A stretch of DNA of 64,000 nucleotides from Dermatophilaceae bacterium (GTDB lineage Bacteria > Actinomycetota > Actinomycetes > Actinomycetales > Dermatophilaceae): contig JBHEPF010000127.1 in assembly GCA_046260445.1 (NCBI GenBank), positions 11,688 to 75,687 on the forward strand. The letters run 5' to 3'. A model generated the notes under the pieces. It had not been told where the DNA came from. It was given only the letters and a program-made list of their open reading frames with translations, and searched no databases. Shown in pieces: positions 1 to 10,300 of this stretch. Position numbers and translations under genes: made by a program. Position 1 is the first letter of the stretch; every line of letters begins with the position of its first letter.

Positions 1-806
1 GACTTCTCGGTGCGCAGGATGACCCCCGTCTGGGCCGTGATCCGGTCCTTCGGGACGACGAGGTGGACACCCTTGCTCGCCGTGACCTTGAGCGGACCGT
101 CCGTGCCGAGCATGTCCTGGATCTCGTCGGTCCACACCCCCGTCGCAGAGATGACGTGGCGGGCCCGGATCGTCACACGACGCCCGTCGGTGTCGTCGAC
201 GGCGACGACACCGACCACCCGTCCGTCGTCGTCGCGCACGAGCTCCTCGGCCTTGATCCGGTTGGCGACGTGGGCGCCGTGCTGGGCGGCCGTGAGGACG
301 AGCTCGAGGACGAACCGCGCGTCGTCGACCTGGGCGTCGTAGTACTGGATGGCGCCACTCAGCACCGACGGCTTGAGGCTCGGCATGAGCTGCAAGGCGT
401 TCTTCTTGCGCAGGTGCCGGTGTCGAGGCATCCCGCCGGTCTGCCGGATCCCGAAGGCCAGGCCGTCGTAGAGCGCGATCCCGGAGCCCACGTAGAAGCG
501 CTCCCAGGCCGGCTTGGAGAGGGGGTACAGGAAGGAGACCGGCCGCACGAGGTGGGGGGCGATCTTGCCGAGGAGCAGGCCGCGCTCCTGGAGCGCCTCG
601 TGGACCAGCCCGAAGTCGAGCATCTCGAGGTAGCGGAGTCCACCGTGGATGAGCTTGCTGGAGCGCGACGACGTACCGCTCGAGTAGTCGCGGGCCTCGA
701 TGAGCCCGGTCGACAGCCCCCGGGTCACGGCGTCGAGGGCGACGCCGCCGCGGACGACACCGCCCCCGATGACGAGCACGTCGAGCGGCTCCTCCGAATC
801 CGCCAT
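1..806 (-). CDS. glpD: FAD-dependent glycerol-3-phosphate dehydrogenase; N-terminal ~268 codons only, the C-terminus lies beyond the left edge
   Basis: The minus-strand frame opens at ATG 804-806. It is absent from the ORF track because it runs off the edge. My translation is MADSEEPLDVLVIGGGVVRGGVALDAVTRGLSTGLIEARDYSSGTSSRSSKLIHGGLRYLE ... HLVVPKDRITAQTGVILRTEK, which is GlpD-like. It lies directly downstream of glpK. Confidence 0.85.
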   Translation of the reverse strand, partial: MADSEEPLDVLVIGGGVVRGGVALDAVTRGLSTGLIEARDYSSGTSSRSSKLIHGGLRYLEMLDFGLVHEALQERGLLLGKIAPHLVRPVSFLYPLSKPAWERFYVGSGIALYDGLAFGIRQTGGMPRHRHLRKKNALQLMPSLKPSVLSGAIQYYDAQVDDARFVLELVLTAAQHGAHVANRIKAEELVRDDDGRVVGVVAVDDTDGRRVTIRARHVISATGVWTDEIQDMLGTDGPLKVTASKGVHLVVPKDRITAQTGVILRTEK

Positions 807-862
807 CCGCTCGATCGCCGCAGCCCGTGAGTGCCCGTTCAGTGTCATGCCACTACGTCCTT

Positions 863-2389
863 TCAGACCACGTCGACCCAGTCGAGCGTGCGCTCGACCG
901 CTTTCTGCCAGCCCGCATACCCGTCGCGACGCTGGTCCTCGCTCCAGGTGGGCTCCCAGCGCCGCTCCTCGTGCCAGTTGGCCACGAGCTCATCGGTGCT
1001 CGCCCAGACTCCCGTCGCCAGTCCGGCGGCGTATGCGGCGCCCAGGGCGGTCGTCTCGGCCACCTCCGGCTTGCTCACCGGCACCCCGAGGATGTCGGCC
1101 TGCAGCTGCATACAGAGGTTATTGCCGGTGACGCCGCCGTCGACGCGCAGCACGTCGAGGTCGATGGTGCCGCCGTTGGCCTCCACGTCGGCGACCATCG
1201 CGTCGGCGACGTCCCTCGTCTGGTAGCAGATCGCCTCGAGGGTGGCCCGGGCAAGGTGGGCGCCCGTGTTGTAGCGCGACATCCCGACGATCGCGCCACG
1301 TGCGTCACTTCGCCAGTACGGCGCGAACAGCCCGGAGAAGGCCGGGACGAAGTACATCCCGCCGGTGTCCTCGACGCTGCGGGCGAGCGTCTCGACCTCG
1401 CCGGCGCCGCTGATGATCCCGAGCTGGTCGCGCAGCCACTGGACCGCGCTGCCGGTCACCGCGATCGAGCCCTCCAGCGCATACACGGGGTCATCGTCAC
1501 CGAAGCGGTAGGCGACCGTCGTGAGCAGCCCGTGCTGACTGCGCACGATCTCGGTGCCGGTGCTCATGAGCATGAAGTTGCCGGTGCCGTAGGTGTTCTT
1601 CGCCATCCCCGGCGTGAAGCACACCTGGCCCACGGTCGCCGCCTGCTGGTCCCCGAGGACGCCGGTGATCGGCACCTCGGCGCCGCGCAGCCCGATGGTC
1701 GTCCCGTATGCGGTGGCATGGCTGCTCGAGGCGATCGCCGGGAGCATCTCGCGCGGGATCCCGAAGAAGCCGAGCAGCTCCTCGTCCCAGTCGAGGGTCT
1801 GCAGGTCCATGAGCATCGTCCGGCTCGCGTTGGTCACGTCGGTGACGTGCCGGCCCCCGTCGGGCCCACCCGTGAGGTTCCAGACGACCCAGCTGTCGGG
1901 GGTGCCGAAGAGCGCCTCGCCGCGCTCGGCCATGGCGCGCAGCCCGTCGACGTTCTCGAGCAGCCACTGGACCTTGCCGGCCGAGAAGTAGGGGGCCGGC
2001 GGCAGCCCGGCCTTGCGGCGGATGACGTCGCCACGGCCGTCGCTGTCGAGGGCCTTGGCGATGGAGTCGGTCCGGGTGTCCTGCCACACGATCGCGTTGT
2101 GGAGCGGTCGCCCGGTGCGCCGGTCCCAGACGATGGCGGTCTCGCGCTGGTTCGTGATGCCGATGGCGGCCAGGTCGCTCGGCGCGAGGCGCGCCTTGGT
2201 CAGGGCCGACTGGATCGCGGTCTCGGTGCGCTCCCAGATCTCGAGGGGGTTGTGCTCGACCCAGCCGGCGCGGGGGAGGATCTGCTCGTGCTCGAGCTGG
2301 TGGCGGGTGACCTCGCGTCCCTCGGTGTCGAACACCATGAACCGCGTGCTCGTCGTCCCCTGGTCCACGGCGCCCACGAAGTCAGCCAT
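863..2389 (-). CDS. glpK: glycerol kinase
   Basis: 508-aa ORF. The N-terminus [30 protein letters not shown] and GTGNFML are classic FGGY glycerol kinase motifs. It forms a glpK-glpD pair. Confidence 0.95.
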   Translation of the reverse strand: MADFVGAVDQGTTSTRFMVFDTEGREVTRHQLEHEQILPRAGWVEHNPLEIWERTETAIQSALTKARLAPSDLAAIGITNQRETAIVWDRRTGRPLHNAIVWQDTRTDSIAKALDSDGRGDVIRRKAGLPPAPYFSAGKVQWLLENVDGLRAMAERGEALFGTPDSWVVWNLTGGPDGGRHVTDVTNASRTMLMDLQTLDWDEELLGFFGIPREMLPAIASSSHATAYGTTIGLRGAEVPITGVLGDQQAATVGQVCFTPGMAKNTYGTGNFMLMSTGTEIVRSQHGLLTTVAYRFGDDDPVYALEGSIAVTGSAVQWLRDQLGIISGAGEVETLARSVEDTGGMYFVPAFSGLFAPYWRSDARGAIVGMSRYNTGAHLARATLEAICYQTRDVADAMVADVEANGGTIDLDVLRVDGGVTGNNLCMQLQADILGVPVSKPEVAETTALGAAYAAGLATGVWASTDELVANWHEERRWEPTWSEDQRRDGYAGWQKAVERTLDWVDVV

Positions 2390-2486
2390 GCTCTCAGCCT
2401 AGTCGGGCCGAAAGGACGCCCTCGCGCGCGCCGGCGCTGTGGATAACTTCGGGGTCCACCTGCCGGTTGCTGCCACGATCTGGGCC

Positions 2487-3404
2487 ATGGATGAGCGACT
2501 TGTGGATCTCGCCCGCGCCCGGGGAGGGCTGGTCACCGTGCCGGAGGCGGCGCGGCTCGGCGTCTCACCCGCGCGGCTGAACCGGCTCCGGGCCGCAGGT
2601 CTGCTCGCCCACGTGCGCCGGGGGGCGTATGCGCTGGCCGACACCTGGTCGGCTGCACCCGAGACGGAGCGGTATGCGCTGCGCACCCGCGCCGTCCTAC
2701 GCACCCGTCCTGGGGTGGCGGCGAGCCATCACGCTGCCCTGACCCTCGCGGGAGGGCCCACCTGGGGGGTCCCACTCGATCGGATCGATGTCGTCGATGT
2801 CGCAGGGAACGCCACCCGCGTGCGCAGCAAGGCCGGCCTCGTCGTCCACCCTCGTCCCGCCGGGTCCCAGCCGGTGGCGGACACCCTGGGTGACCTTCGC
2901 GTGTCCGTCCCGACGGCGCTGCTCCAGATGGCGCGCGACACCTCGCCCATGGTGTTCGCGGCCGCTCTCGACCAGGCTCTTCGGGCGGGACTGACGACGA
3001 CCGGCGAGGTGGGCGCGGCCCTGCGCCGCGACGACGAGCGGGCCCGGTGGGTGCGCCAGGCCGCGGACCTGCTCGCCGGGGCGGACCCGCTCAGCCCGTG
3101 TGTCGAGGCGACACGACTGAGGGTCCTCGTCACCGACATGGGGTTCCGGCCGCGTCTGCGAGTCCCGATCCCGTTGCCTGGCGATGGTGCGCTCGTCCGA
3201 CCCGAGCTCGTGATCGGCGCGTCGATCGCGGTCTCGCGCACGGCATACCCGGAGAGCAAGCGGGAGCGGCTGCGGGAGATGGGGGTGGCCGTCGCCCTGG
3301 TCCCGGATGCGGACCTCGACCATCCCCACCTGGTGGCGGCGTCGATCGCGGGCGCGATGCGTGAGCTCGACCTGCTCCGGCTCGGTCGGGCGCGGGGAGC
3401 GTGA
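2487..3404 (+). CDS. hypothetical protein with an AbiEi-like N-terminal wHTH (orphan, DUF559-like context)
   Basis: Track ORF 2439..3404. The internal ATG at 2487 gives MDERLVDLARARGGLVTVPEAARLGVSPARLNRLRAAGLLAHVRRGAYAL, typical of AbiEi_4-type N-termini. I do not recognise the C-terminal half, and no partner toxin gene is adjacent. Confidence 0.45.
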   Translation: MDERLVDLARARGGLVTVPEAARLGVSPARLNRLRAAGLLAHVRRGAYALADTWSAAPETERYALRTRAVLRTRPGVAASHHAALTLAGGPTWGVPLDRIDVVDVAGNATRVRSKAGLVVHPRPAGSQPVADTLGDLRVSVPTALLQMARDTSPMVFAAALDQALRAGLTTTGEVGAALRRDDERARWVRQAADLLAGADPLSPCVEATRLRVLVTDMGFRPRLRVPIPLPGDGALVRPELVIGASIAVSRTAYPESKRERLREMGVAVALVPDADLDHPHLVAASIAGAMRELDLLRLGRARGA

Positions 3405-3496
3405 GCAAGCGCACGCAGGTCCGCTCTCGTCGCCGCTCGACGGTCGCGGGAGGATGGGGACGACCCCGACAGACGCCCGATGAAGGAGCATGACTG

Positions 3497-4027
3497 ATGC
3501 AGTTCGGCCGCAGCTATGAGGAGTTCGAGGTCGGCGCGACCTACAAGCACTGGCCCGGTAAGACGGTCACCGAGTACGACGACCACCTCTTCTGTCTGCT
3601 CACGATGAACCACCACCCGCTCCACCTGGACGAGCACTACGCCCAGGAGACCACGCAGTTCGGCAGGAACGTCGTCGTCGGAAACTACGTGTACTCCCTG
3701 CTCCTCGGCATGTCGGTGCCCGACATCTCCGGCAAGGCGATCGCCAACCTCGAGGTCGAGAGCCTGCGGCACGTCGCCCCGACCTTCCACGGCGACACCC
3801 TCTATGGCGAGACCACCGTCCTGGACAAGTGGGAGAGCACGAGCAAGGACGACCGGGGCGTCGTCTATGTCGAGAGCATCGCCTACAACCAGGACGGCAA
3901 GGTCGTCTGCATCTTCCGTCGCAAGGTCATGGTGCCCAAGGAGAACTACCTCGAGGCGCGCGGCGGCGAGCAACCCGGCCGACCGGTCCCGCAGCCGGAC
4001 AAGAACTGGGAGGGCCCGGCGAAGTAG
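3497..4027 (+). CDS. MaoC-family (R)-specific enoyl-CoA hydratase/dehydratase
   Basis: 176-aa ORF with hot-dog fold hallmarks: YDDHLFCLLTMNHHPLHLDEHYA and GNYVYSLLLG. Confidence 0.8.
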   Translation: MQFGRSYEEFEVGATYKHWPGKTVTEYDDHLFCLLTMNHHPLHLDEHYAQETTQFGRNVVVGNYVYSLLLGMSVPDISGKAIANLEVESLRHVAPTFHGDTLYGETTVLDKWESTSKDDRGVVYVESIAYNQDGKVVCIFRRKVMVPKENYLEARGGEQPGRPVPQPDKNWEGPAK

Positions 4028-4077
4028 CCAAGGTGTTCGCACCCACCGGTGTGGGTGGGCGCTGGCAGACTCGCAGC

Positions 4078-4926
4078 ATGCAGATCGACCTCCACACCCA
4101 CTCCTCGGTCAGCGATGGCACGGAGACCCCGGCCGAGGTCATGGAGTCGGCAGTCCGGGCCGGGCTCGACGTGGTCGCGCTCACCGACCATGACACCGTC
4201 GGTGGTTGGGCGGAGGCCGCCGAGGCCGCGCAGAGGGTCGGGGTCGGGCTGGTGCGGGGCATCGAGATCTCCTGCCGGCGGGATGGCGGCAGCATCCACC
4301 TCCTCGGCTATCTCACGACCCCGGACGACCCCGACCTCATGGGCGAGCTGGCGCAGGCCCGCGAGTCTCGGCTCACCCGAATGGACACGATCGTCGGCAG
4401 GCTCGCCGCGGACGACATCCCCATCACGATCGAGCAGGTGCAGGCTCAGCTCGCCGAGGGTGCCACGCTCGGCCGGCCGCACCTCGCCGACGCACTCATC
4501 GAGGTGGGGGTGGTCGATGACCGCACCGAGGCGTTCAGCCGGTTCCTGCACAACGAGAGCCCGTACTACGTGGGCTACTACGCTCCCGACCCGGTGCGGG
4601 CGGTGGAGCTCGTCGTGGCCGCCGGGGGAGTCGCCGTGGTCGCTCATCCCTACACGAGCCGGATGCGACGCTGCGTCGATCCTGAGCTCATCGCGGACAT
4701 GGCCGCTGCCGGGATGCTCGGCATCGAGGTCGACCACCGCGACCACACCGACAGCGCGCGCCGGGAGCTGCGTGGCATCGCCTCCGAGCTCGGGCTCGTC
4801 GTGACCGGCTCCAGCGACTACCACGGTGCCGGCAAGCCCAACCTCATCGGCGAGAACCGCACCGACCCCGGGTCGTTCGAGGCGATCGTCGAAGCCGCTT
4901 CCGGCACCGACTACCTACCGGTCTGA
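4078..4926 (+). CDS. PHP-domain metal-dependent phosphoesterase (TrpH/YciV-like)
   Basis: Track ORF 3829..4926. The in-frame ATG at 4078 gives MQIDLHTHSSVSDGTETP, then ALTDHDT and AHP motifs of the PHP family. The upstream part of the ORF is R/G-rich and overlaps the MaoC gene. Confidence 0.8.
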   Translation: MQIDLHTHSSVSDGTETPAEVMESAVRAGLDVVALTDHDTVGGWAEAAEAAQRVGVGLVRGIEISCRRDGGSIHLLGYLTTPDDPDLMGELAQARESRLTRMDTIVGRLAADDIPITIEQVQAQLAEGATLGRPHLADALIEVGVVDDRTEAFSRFLHNESPYYVGYYAPDPVRAVELVVAAGGVAVVAHPYTSRMRRCVDPELIADMAAAGMLGIEVDHRDHTDSARRELRGIASELGLVVTGSSDYHGAGKPNLIGENRTDPGSFEAIVEAASGTDYLPV

Positions 4927-5010
4927 GGAGCATCTACTGGCAGGACGGTTGGCGGGACCGACTGGTGGACCGGTGAGGTCCAGTGCCGCGTCGTCGCCCA
5001 TCCTGGGGGC

Positions 5011-5865
5011 ATGCGCGCTGATGCCATCCTCACCCTCTCCTGCCCCGACCGGCCCGGGATCGTCGCGGCCGTGAGCCAGGTGCTCTTCGAACACGGCGCC
5101 AACATCGAGGAGAGCCAGCAGTTCGACGATGTCAGGACCGACCGGTTCTTCATGCGGATCGCGTTCTCCATCGCCGAGGGAGGGCCGAACGTCGAGCAGT
5201 GGCGGGGCATCCTGGCGCCGACGGCCGAGCGTCTCGGGATGGAGTGGGCCGTCTGGGACGGACACCGGCCGTTCCGCACGATGGTCATGGTGAGCCGCTT
5301 CGGCCACTGCCTCAACGACCTGCTGTTCCGCTGGAAGAGCGGCGCTCTCAACATCGACATCCCGGTCATCGTCTCCAACCACCCCGATCTCGGGCCCCTC
5401 GCGGCGATGTACGGCATCCCGTTCGTCGTCATCCCCGTCTCGACCGCGACCAAGGACGAGGCGGAGGCTCGCGTGCGGGACGTCATCGCCGAGCACGACA
5501 TCGACCTGGTGGTCCTGGCGCGCTACATGCAGATCCTCTCCGACGGCCTCTCCCGAGACCTCTCCGGCCGGGTCATCAACATCCACCACTCATTCCTGCC
5601 CTCGTTCAAGGGCGCCAAGCCCTACCACCAGGCCTTCGGTCGTGGTGTCAAGCTCGTCGGGGCCACCGCCCACTACGTCACGGCGGACCTGGACGAGGGA
5701 CCGATCATCGAGCAGGACGTCGTGCGCGTCGATCACCGGATGGCGGCCGACGATCTCGTGCGAGCCGGCGAGGAGTGCGAGTCGAGGGTGCTCGCCCGCG
5801 CGGTGAAGTGGCACTCCGAGAGCCGGGTTTTGCTGAACGGCGACCGGACCGTCGTCTTCAGCTGA
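5011..5865 (+). CDS. purU: formyltetrahydrofolate deformylase
   Basis: 284 aa. It has an ACT-domain N-terminus (LTLSCPDRPGIVAAVSQVLFEHGANI) and a formyltransferase core (NIHHSFLPSFKGAKPYHQAF, ATAHYVT). Confidence 0.9.
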   Translation: MRADAILTLSCPDRPGIVAAVSQVLFEHGANIEESQQFDDVRTDRFFMRIAFSIAEGGPNVEQWRGILAPTAERLGMEWAVWDGHRPFRTMVMVSRFGHCLNDLLFRWKSGALNIDIPVIVSNHPDLGPLAAMYGIPFVVIPVSTATKDEAEARVRDVIAEHDIDLVVLARYMQILSDGLSRDLSGRVINIHHSFLPSFKGAKPYHQAFGRGVKLVGATAHYVTADLDEGPIIEQDVVRVDHRMAADDLVRAGEECESRVLARAVKWHSESRVLLNGDRTVVFS

Positions 5866-5963
5866 GCGGGACGGCGGGTGCCCGCGTGTGATCGCGGGGG
5901 TCCGGATCGAGGGCTGTGGACAACCGAGCACACGCACGGGCGCTCGAGGGCAGAGTCGTGGGC

Positions 5964-6395
5964 ATGACAGCAGACCCCGGCCGCTATCCGCCCCTGCGAG
6001 AGTCCATCGAGACCGAGGACGACGCAGCCGACCTGGTCCGCAGCGTCCTCGCGATCGACGACATCGTGAGCGGTTCGCTCCTGCTCGTCCTGTGCGACCC
6101 CGAGCGACGTCCGACGGTGCCGGTCCTCATCACCGATGTGCCGGTGACAGCATCGGCCGGCGTCGTCCTCGACCACTGGTTCGAGCATCTCGCCGAGGTC
6201 GCGGGTGAGACCGGCCCCACCCTCGTCTTCGCTCGGGCACGCCCCGGACAGAGCTTCGTCGTCGACCATGACCGCGGTTGGCATGATGCGGTCGTTCGCG
6301 GCTGTGCCCGGTCGGGGATCCCGCTGCTGGCCGCCTTCGTCGCCACCCAGCATGCGGTCGTCCCCTTCCCGCCGCCGGTCCGCCTCGCCGACTGA
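5964..6395 (+). CDS. hypothetical protein
   Basis: Track ORF 5916..6395, with an ATG at 5964. Composition is coding-like and there is no competing gene on either strand. No family recognised. Confidence 0.35.
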   Translation: MTADPGRYPPLRESIETEDDAADLVRSVLAIDDIVSGSLLLVLCDPERRPTVPVLITDVPVTASAGVVLDHWFEHLAEVAGETGPTLVFARARPGQSFVVDHDRGWHDAVVRGCARSGIPLLAAFVATQHAVVPFPPPVRLAD

Positions 6396-6472
6396 GCTGC
6401 AGCCTGAACCGCCGCCTGGCGGAGCGGGACCGGCGAACGAGCCGGCGCGAGCAGGATGAGACACTGGCGCCC

Positions 6473-7255
6473 ATGGCCAAACGCTCCCGTACGCCCAAAG
6501 CCGCGATCATCTCGCTGGCGAACCAGAAGGGAGGCGTCGCCAAGACGACCTCCGTGGCCTCGCTCGGTGCCGCGTTCGCCGAGATGGGCAAGCGTGTGCT
6601 CCTCGTCGACCTCGACCCGCAGGCCTGCCTCACCTTCAGTCTCGGCGTCGACCCCGACGCCGTGGAGACCTCGATCAACGAGGTCGTCCTCGGTCGCGCC
6701 GACATGTCCGATGCCATCCTCGAGACCCAGGACGGCGTCCATCTCATCCCGAGCACGATCGACCTGGCCGGTGCCGAAGCCCAGCTCCTCCCGCGAGCCG
6801 GCCGCGAGTATGTGCTCGCCGGCGCGCTCGAGGACGTGGTCGAGGACTACGACATCATCCTCCTCGACTGTTCACCGACGCTCGGTGTCCTCACCCTCAA
6901 CGCCTTGACCGCCAGCAGCGGGCTGATCATCCCGATGCCCTGCGAGATGCTCAGCCACCGGGGCGTGGGGCAGCTGCTCGACACGGTCAAGGACGTCCGC
7001 AGGATCCTCAACAAGAAGCTCAAGATCGTGGGCATCCTCGCGACGATGTACGACGGCCGGAGCAACCACGCCCGTGAGGTGCTCGCGGACGTCGGTGGCC
7101 GCTACGGGATCGAGGTCCTCGAGCCGCCGATCCCGCGCACGGTGCGCTTCGCGGAGGCCCCCGCCGTCGGACGGTCCATCCTCGGCTCGAGTCGGTCCTC
7201 GAAGGGCGCCCAGGCCTACCGTGAGGCCGCGGTGCAGGTCCTCCAGCGCATCTGA
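6473..7255 (+). CDS. ParA/Soj-family ATPase (orphan, no parB adjacent)
   Basis: 260 aa with the deviant Walker A motif NQKGGVAKTT, followed by LLVDLDPQ. It matches the Rv3213c position in the conserved gene order. Confidence 0.85.
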   Translation: MAKRSRTPKAAIISLANQKGGVAKTTSVASLGAAFAEMGKRVLLVDLDPQACLTFSLGVDPDAVETSINEVVLGRADMSDAILETQDGVHLIPSTIDLAGAEAQLLPRAGREYVLAGALEDVVEDYDIILLDCSPTLGVLTLNALTASSGLIIPMPCEMLSHRGVGQLLDTVKDVRRILNKKLKIVGILATMYDGRSNHAREVLADVGGRYGIEVLEPPIPRTVRFAEAPAVGRSILGSSRSSKGAQAYREAAVQVLQRI

Positions 7256-7303
7256 GGGAGTGCACCACCCTCGCGACCCCTACCCCCGACGAAAGGCCTT
7301 GTC

Positions 7304-8356
7304 ATGACCACGACCATCCGCGCCCTAGCAGCCCCCTCCGCCGGCGCCCCTCTGGAGCCGATGACGATCGAGCGTCGCGACCTGCGCCCTGACGACGTCC
7401 GGATCGAGATCGCCTACGCCGGCATCTGCCACAGCGACATCCATCAGGTCCGTGAGGAGTGGGGCACCGCGCTGTTCCCCATGGTCCCGGGCCACGAGAT
7501 CGCCGGGACGGTGACCGAGGTCGGTCCCGGCGTCACTACGCATCGGGTCGGGGACCGGGTCGGGGTCGGCTGCATGGTGGACAGCTGCGGCGAGTGCGAG
7601 ATGTGCCGCACCGACCACGAGAACTTCTGTACCGAGAAGACCGTCTGGACGTACAACGACACCTATCCCGACGGCGAGGTGGCCATGGGGGGCTACAGCC
7701 GGGAGGTCGTCGTGGCCGAGAAGTTCGTGCTGCGGATCCCCGACGGTCTCGAGCTCGACGAGGCCGCACCGCTGCTCTGCGCGGGGGTGACGGTCTTCAC
7801 GCCGCTCACGCGGTGGGGGGCCGGGCCGGGCCGGTACGTCGCCGTCGTCGGCATGGGAGGGCTGGGCCACATGGCCGTCAAGATCGCGGTCGCGATGGGC
7901 GCCGAGGTCACCGTCCTGTCGCAGACGACGTCGAAGGAGCAGGACGGACGCGACTTCGGGGCGGTCGACTATCGGGCGACGGCGGACGGAACCGTGTTCA
8001 AGGAGCTGCGCGGCCGGTTCGACCTCATCATCAACACGGTGAGCGCGGACGTCCCGCTCGACCGCTTCCTCGGGATGCTGCGCCCGTTCGGTGCGGTCGT
8101 CAACGTCGGGCTCCCGACAACTCCCCAGCAGCTCCGGGTGGGATCGCTCGTCTCTGGCGACAAGGTCCTCACTGGGTCGAACATCGGCGGCATCGCGGGA
8201 ACCCAGGCGATGCTCGACTTCTGTGCTGAGCACGGCATCGGCGCGACGGTCGAGACGATCTCCGCCGACGAGGTCAACGAGGCCTACGACCGCGTCGTGG
8301 GCTCGGATGTGCGCTATCGCTTCGTCATCGACGTGAGCACGATCCCCGCCGAGTAG
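7304..8356 (+). CDS. zinc-dependent NAD(P) alcohol dehydrogenase (MDR family)
   Basis: 350 aa with CHSDIH, GHEIAGTV, the structural-zinc cysteines CGECEMCRTDHENFC, and the Rossmann motif VVGMGGLGH. Confidence 0.85.
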   Translation: MTTTIRALAAPSAGAPLEPMTIERRDLRPDDVRIEIAYAGICHSDIHQVREEWGTALFPMVPGHEIAGTVTEVGPGVTTHRVGDRVGVGCMVDSCGECEMCRTDHENFCTEKTVWTYNDTYPDGEVAMGGYSREVVVAEKFVLRIPDGLELDEAAPLLCAGVTVFTPLTRWGAGPGRYVAVVGMGGLGHMAVKIAVAMGAEVTVLSQTTSKEQDGRDFGAVDYRATADGTVFKELRGRFDLIINTVSADVPLDRFLGMLRPFGAVVNVGLPTTPQQLRVGSLVSGDKVLTGSNIGGIAGTQAMLDFCAEHGIGATVETISADEVNEAYDRVVGSDVRYRFVIDVSTIPAE

Positions 8357-8360
8357 CGCT

Positions 8361-8408
8361 GCGGAGCTCCCGCCCGGCAGCGGGGTCAGTCGCTCGCGGG
8401 AGCTCCGC
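8361..8408. terminator. candidate hairpin between the convergent adh and DEAD-box helicase genes
   Basis: GCGGAGCTCCCGC (8361-8373) and GCGGGAGCTCCGC (8396-8408) form a perfect 13-bp inverted repeat. The 3' arm overlaps the last codons of the helicase. There is no T-tract. Confidence 0.4.
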
Positions 8409-9903
8409 CACGGGTGCGACGACGTCCTCGTCGCGCACTGTTGCGCTGCGACTCCGAGCCGCTGGACGAGTCGCTGTCCCGTGCGCCGGTGCTCGCCCGC
8501 TGCGGGCGCTCACCGTCGCGGCCGCGGCGGCTGCCCACACCCTGGGAACCGGAGCGACGGCCATCGGAGCCGCCGGCCCCGGCCCCGGCCCGGCCCGGGC
8601 GACGACCGCTCGACTTGCCGGTCTCCCCGAGGTCCTCGAGGACCTCGGCGTCGAGGCCCGCCCTGGTCCGGGCGGAGCGCGGGAGCCGTCCCTTCGTGCC
8701 CTCGGGGATGCCGAGGTCGGAGTACAGGTGCGGTGAGGACGAGTAGGTCTCCTGCGGCTCCGGCATCTTGAGGTCGAGGCTCTTGCTGATCAGCCCCCAG
8801 CGCGGCAGGTCGTCCCAGTCGACGAACGTCACTGCGACGCCCTTCTTGCCGGCGCGCCCGGTGCGCCCGATCCGGTGGACGTAGGTCTTCTCGTCCTCGG
8901 GGCACTGGAAGTTGATGACGTGGGTGACGTCCTCGACGTCGATGCCCCGAGCTGCGACGTCGGTCGCGACGAGGACGTCGACCTTGCCGCTGCGGAAGGC
9001 GCGCAGCGCTTGCTCACGGGCACCCTGGCCGAGGTCGCCGTGGATCGCCGCAGCCGCGAAGCCGCGCTCGGCGAGATCGTCGGCGACCTTCGCGGCAGTG
9101 CGCTTGGTGCGGCTGAAGACGATCGTCAGACCACGGCCCTCCGCCTGCAGGATGCGGGCGACCATCTCCGTCTTGTCCATCGCGTGTGCGCGGTAGGCGA
9201 ACTGCGTGGTGGCAGCGACGAGTTGGCTGTCGGTCGCGCCATCGTCGGACATCGCGCGGATGTGCGTCGGCTGGCGCATGTAGCGGCGCGCGAGCGCGAC
9301 CACCGGACCGGGCATGGTCGCGGAGAACAGCATCGTCTGGCGCGACGCCGGGGTGAGGGCCAGGAGCTTCTCGACGTCGGGCAGGAATCCGAGGTCGAGC
9401 ATCTCGTCAGCCTCGTCGAGAACGAGGACCTTGACCGAGGAGAGGTTGAGATGACCTTGCTTGGCGAGGTCGATGAGCCGTCCCGGGGTGCCGACGACGA
9501 CCTCGACGCCGCGCTTCAGGGCCTCGATCTGCGGCTCGTAGGCGCGGCCGCCGTAGACGGTCAAGACGCGGACGCCGCGGCGCCGGCCGGCCTTCTCCAG
9601 GTCACTGGAGACCTGGACCGCGAGCTCACGGGTCGGGGCGACCGCGAGCGCCTGCGGGCGGCCGGCATACGAGAGGGTGGCGAACTCGGGGTCGGCGGGG
9701 GAGACGACCCGGTCGAGGATGGGCACGCCGAAGCCGAGGGTCTTGCCGGTGCCCGTCTTGGCCTGGCCGATGATGTCGTGGCCGCCGAGGGCGACCGGCA
9801 GGGTCATCGACTGGATGGGGAAGGGCGCCGTGATGCCCTCATCGGCGAGGGAGTCGACGATGTCGCGGTGGACGCCGAAGTCGGCGAAGGTCTGGGTGCT
9901 CAT
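8386..9903 (-). CDS. DEAD-box ATP-dependent RNA helicase with an RG-rich C-terminal tail
   Basis: Track ORF 8386..10056. The in-frame ATG at 9903 gives MSTQTFADFGV. Motifs present: AKTGTGKT, VLDEADEM, SAT, HRIGRTGRAG. Confidence 0.9.
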   Translation of the reverse strand: MSTQTFADFGVHRDIVDSLADEGITAPFPIQSMTLPVALGGHDIIGQAKTGTGKTLGFGVPILDRVVSPADPEFATLSYAGRPQALAVAPTRELAVQVSSDLEKAGRRRGVRVLTVYGGRAYEPQIEALKRGVEVVVGTPGRLIDLAKQGHLNLSSVKVLVLDEADEMLDLGFLPDVEKLLALTPASRQTMLFSATMPGPVVALARRYMRQPTHIRAMSDDGATDSQLVAATTQFAYRAHAMDKTEMVARILQAEGRGLTIVFSRTKRTAAKVADDLAERGFAAAAIHGDLGQGAREQALRAFRSGKVDVLVATDVAARGIDVEDVTHVINFQCPEDEKTYVHRIGRTGRAGKKGVAVTFVDWDDLPRWGLISKSLDLKMPEPQETYSSSPHLYSDLGIPEGTKGRLPRSARTRAGLDAEVLEDLGETGKSSGRRPGRAGAGAGGSDGRRSGSQGVGSRRGRDGERPQRASTGARDSDSSSGSESQRNSARRGRRRTRGGAPASD

Positions 9904-10300
9904 GGGTGGAGTCGGGTCTCTTTCGATCTTGGACGATGCCGAGCCCTGGAACGGGCTCCGCAGGGTCAGGCCACGGGCCGGAGCGCGGTGGTCACGCTCC
10001 GGGAACTGGGCCGATCGGAAGGAAGTCGAGAGGGAGCCGCGCGAGGCGCTCACCACGAGGTGTCACACACGTCGAGGGGAATGTCATTGAGTGTGCCGAC
10101 CGGGCACCGGTACGGTCGTCAGTCTAGCCTGATCCGCCCATGGACGACCGTCACCGCGGCCGCGCCCCCGCGCACGACACCGTCGACGGCCACGACCCAC
10201 ACCCGCGCATCCCGTCCGAGCGACCCTCCGCCCGGCTGAACCGGAGGGTCCTGATGCGAGGCATACCCCACGGAGCCGGGCGGCCACTAGGCTCGCCGAT

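Noticed and set aside
827-2446. 539-aa plus-strand ORF covering the whole glpK region
   Set aside because: It is the mirror frame of a textbook glycerol kinase on the minus strand. Its product is R/G/A/D/P/V-rich with no recognisable motif, which is the usual open antisense frame in high-GC DNA.
5964-7255. Possible partition or defence-like pair (small hypothetical plus orphan ParA)
   Set aside because: There is no ParB, no centromere-like repeats, and the ParA gene occupies its conserved chromosomal position. Nothing beyond adjacency supports a system.
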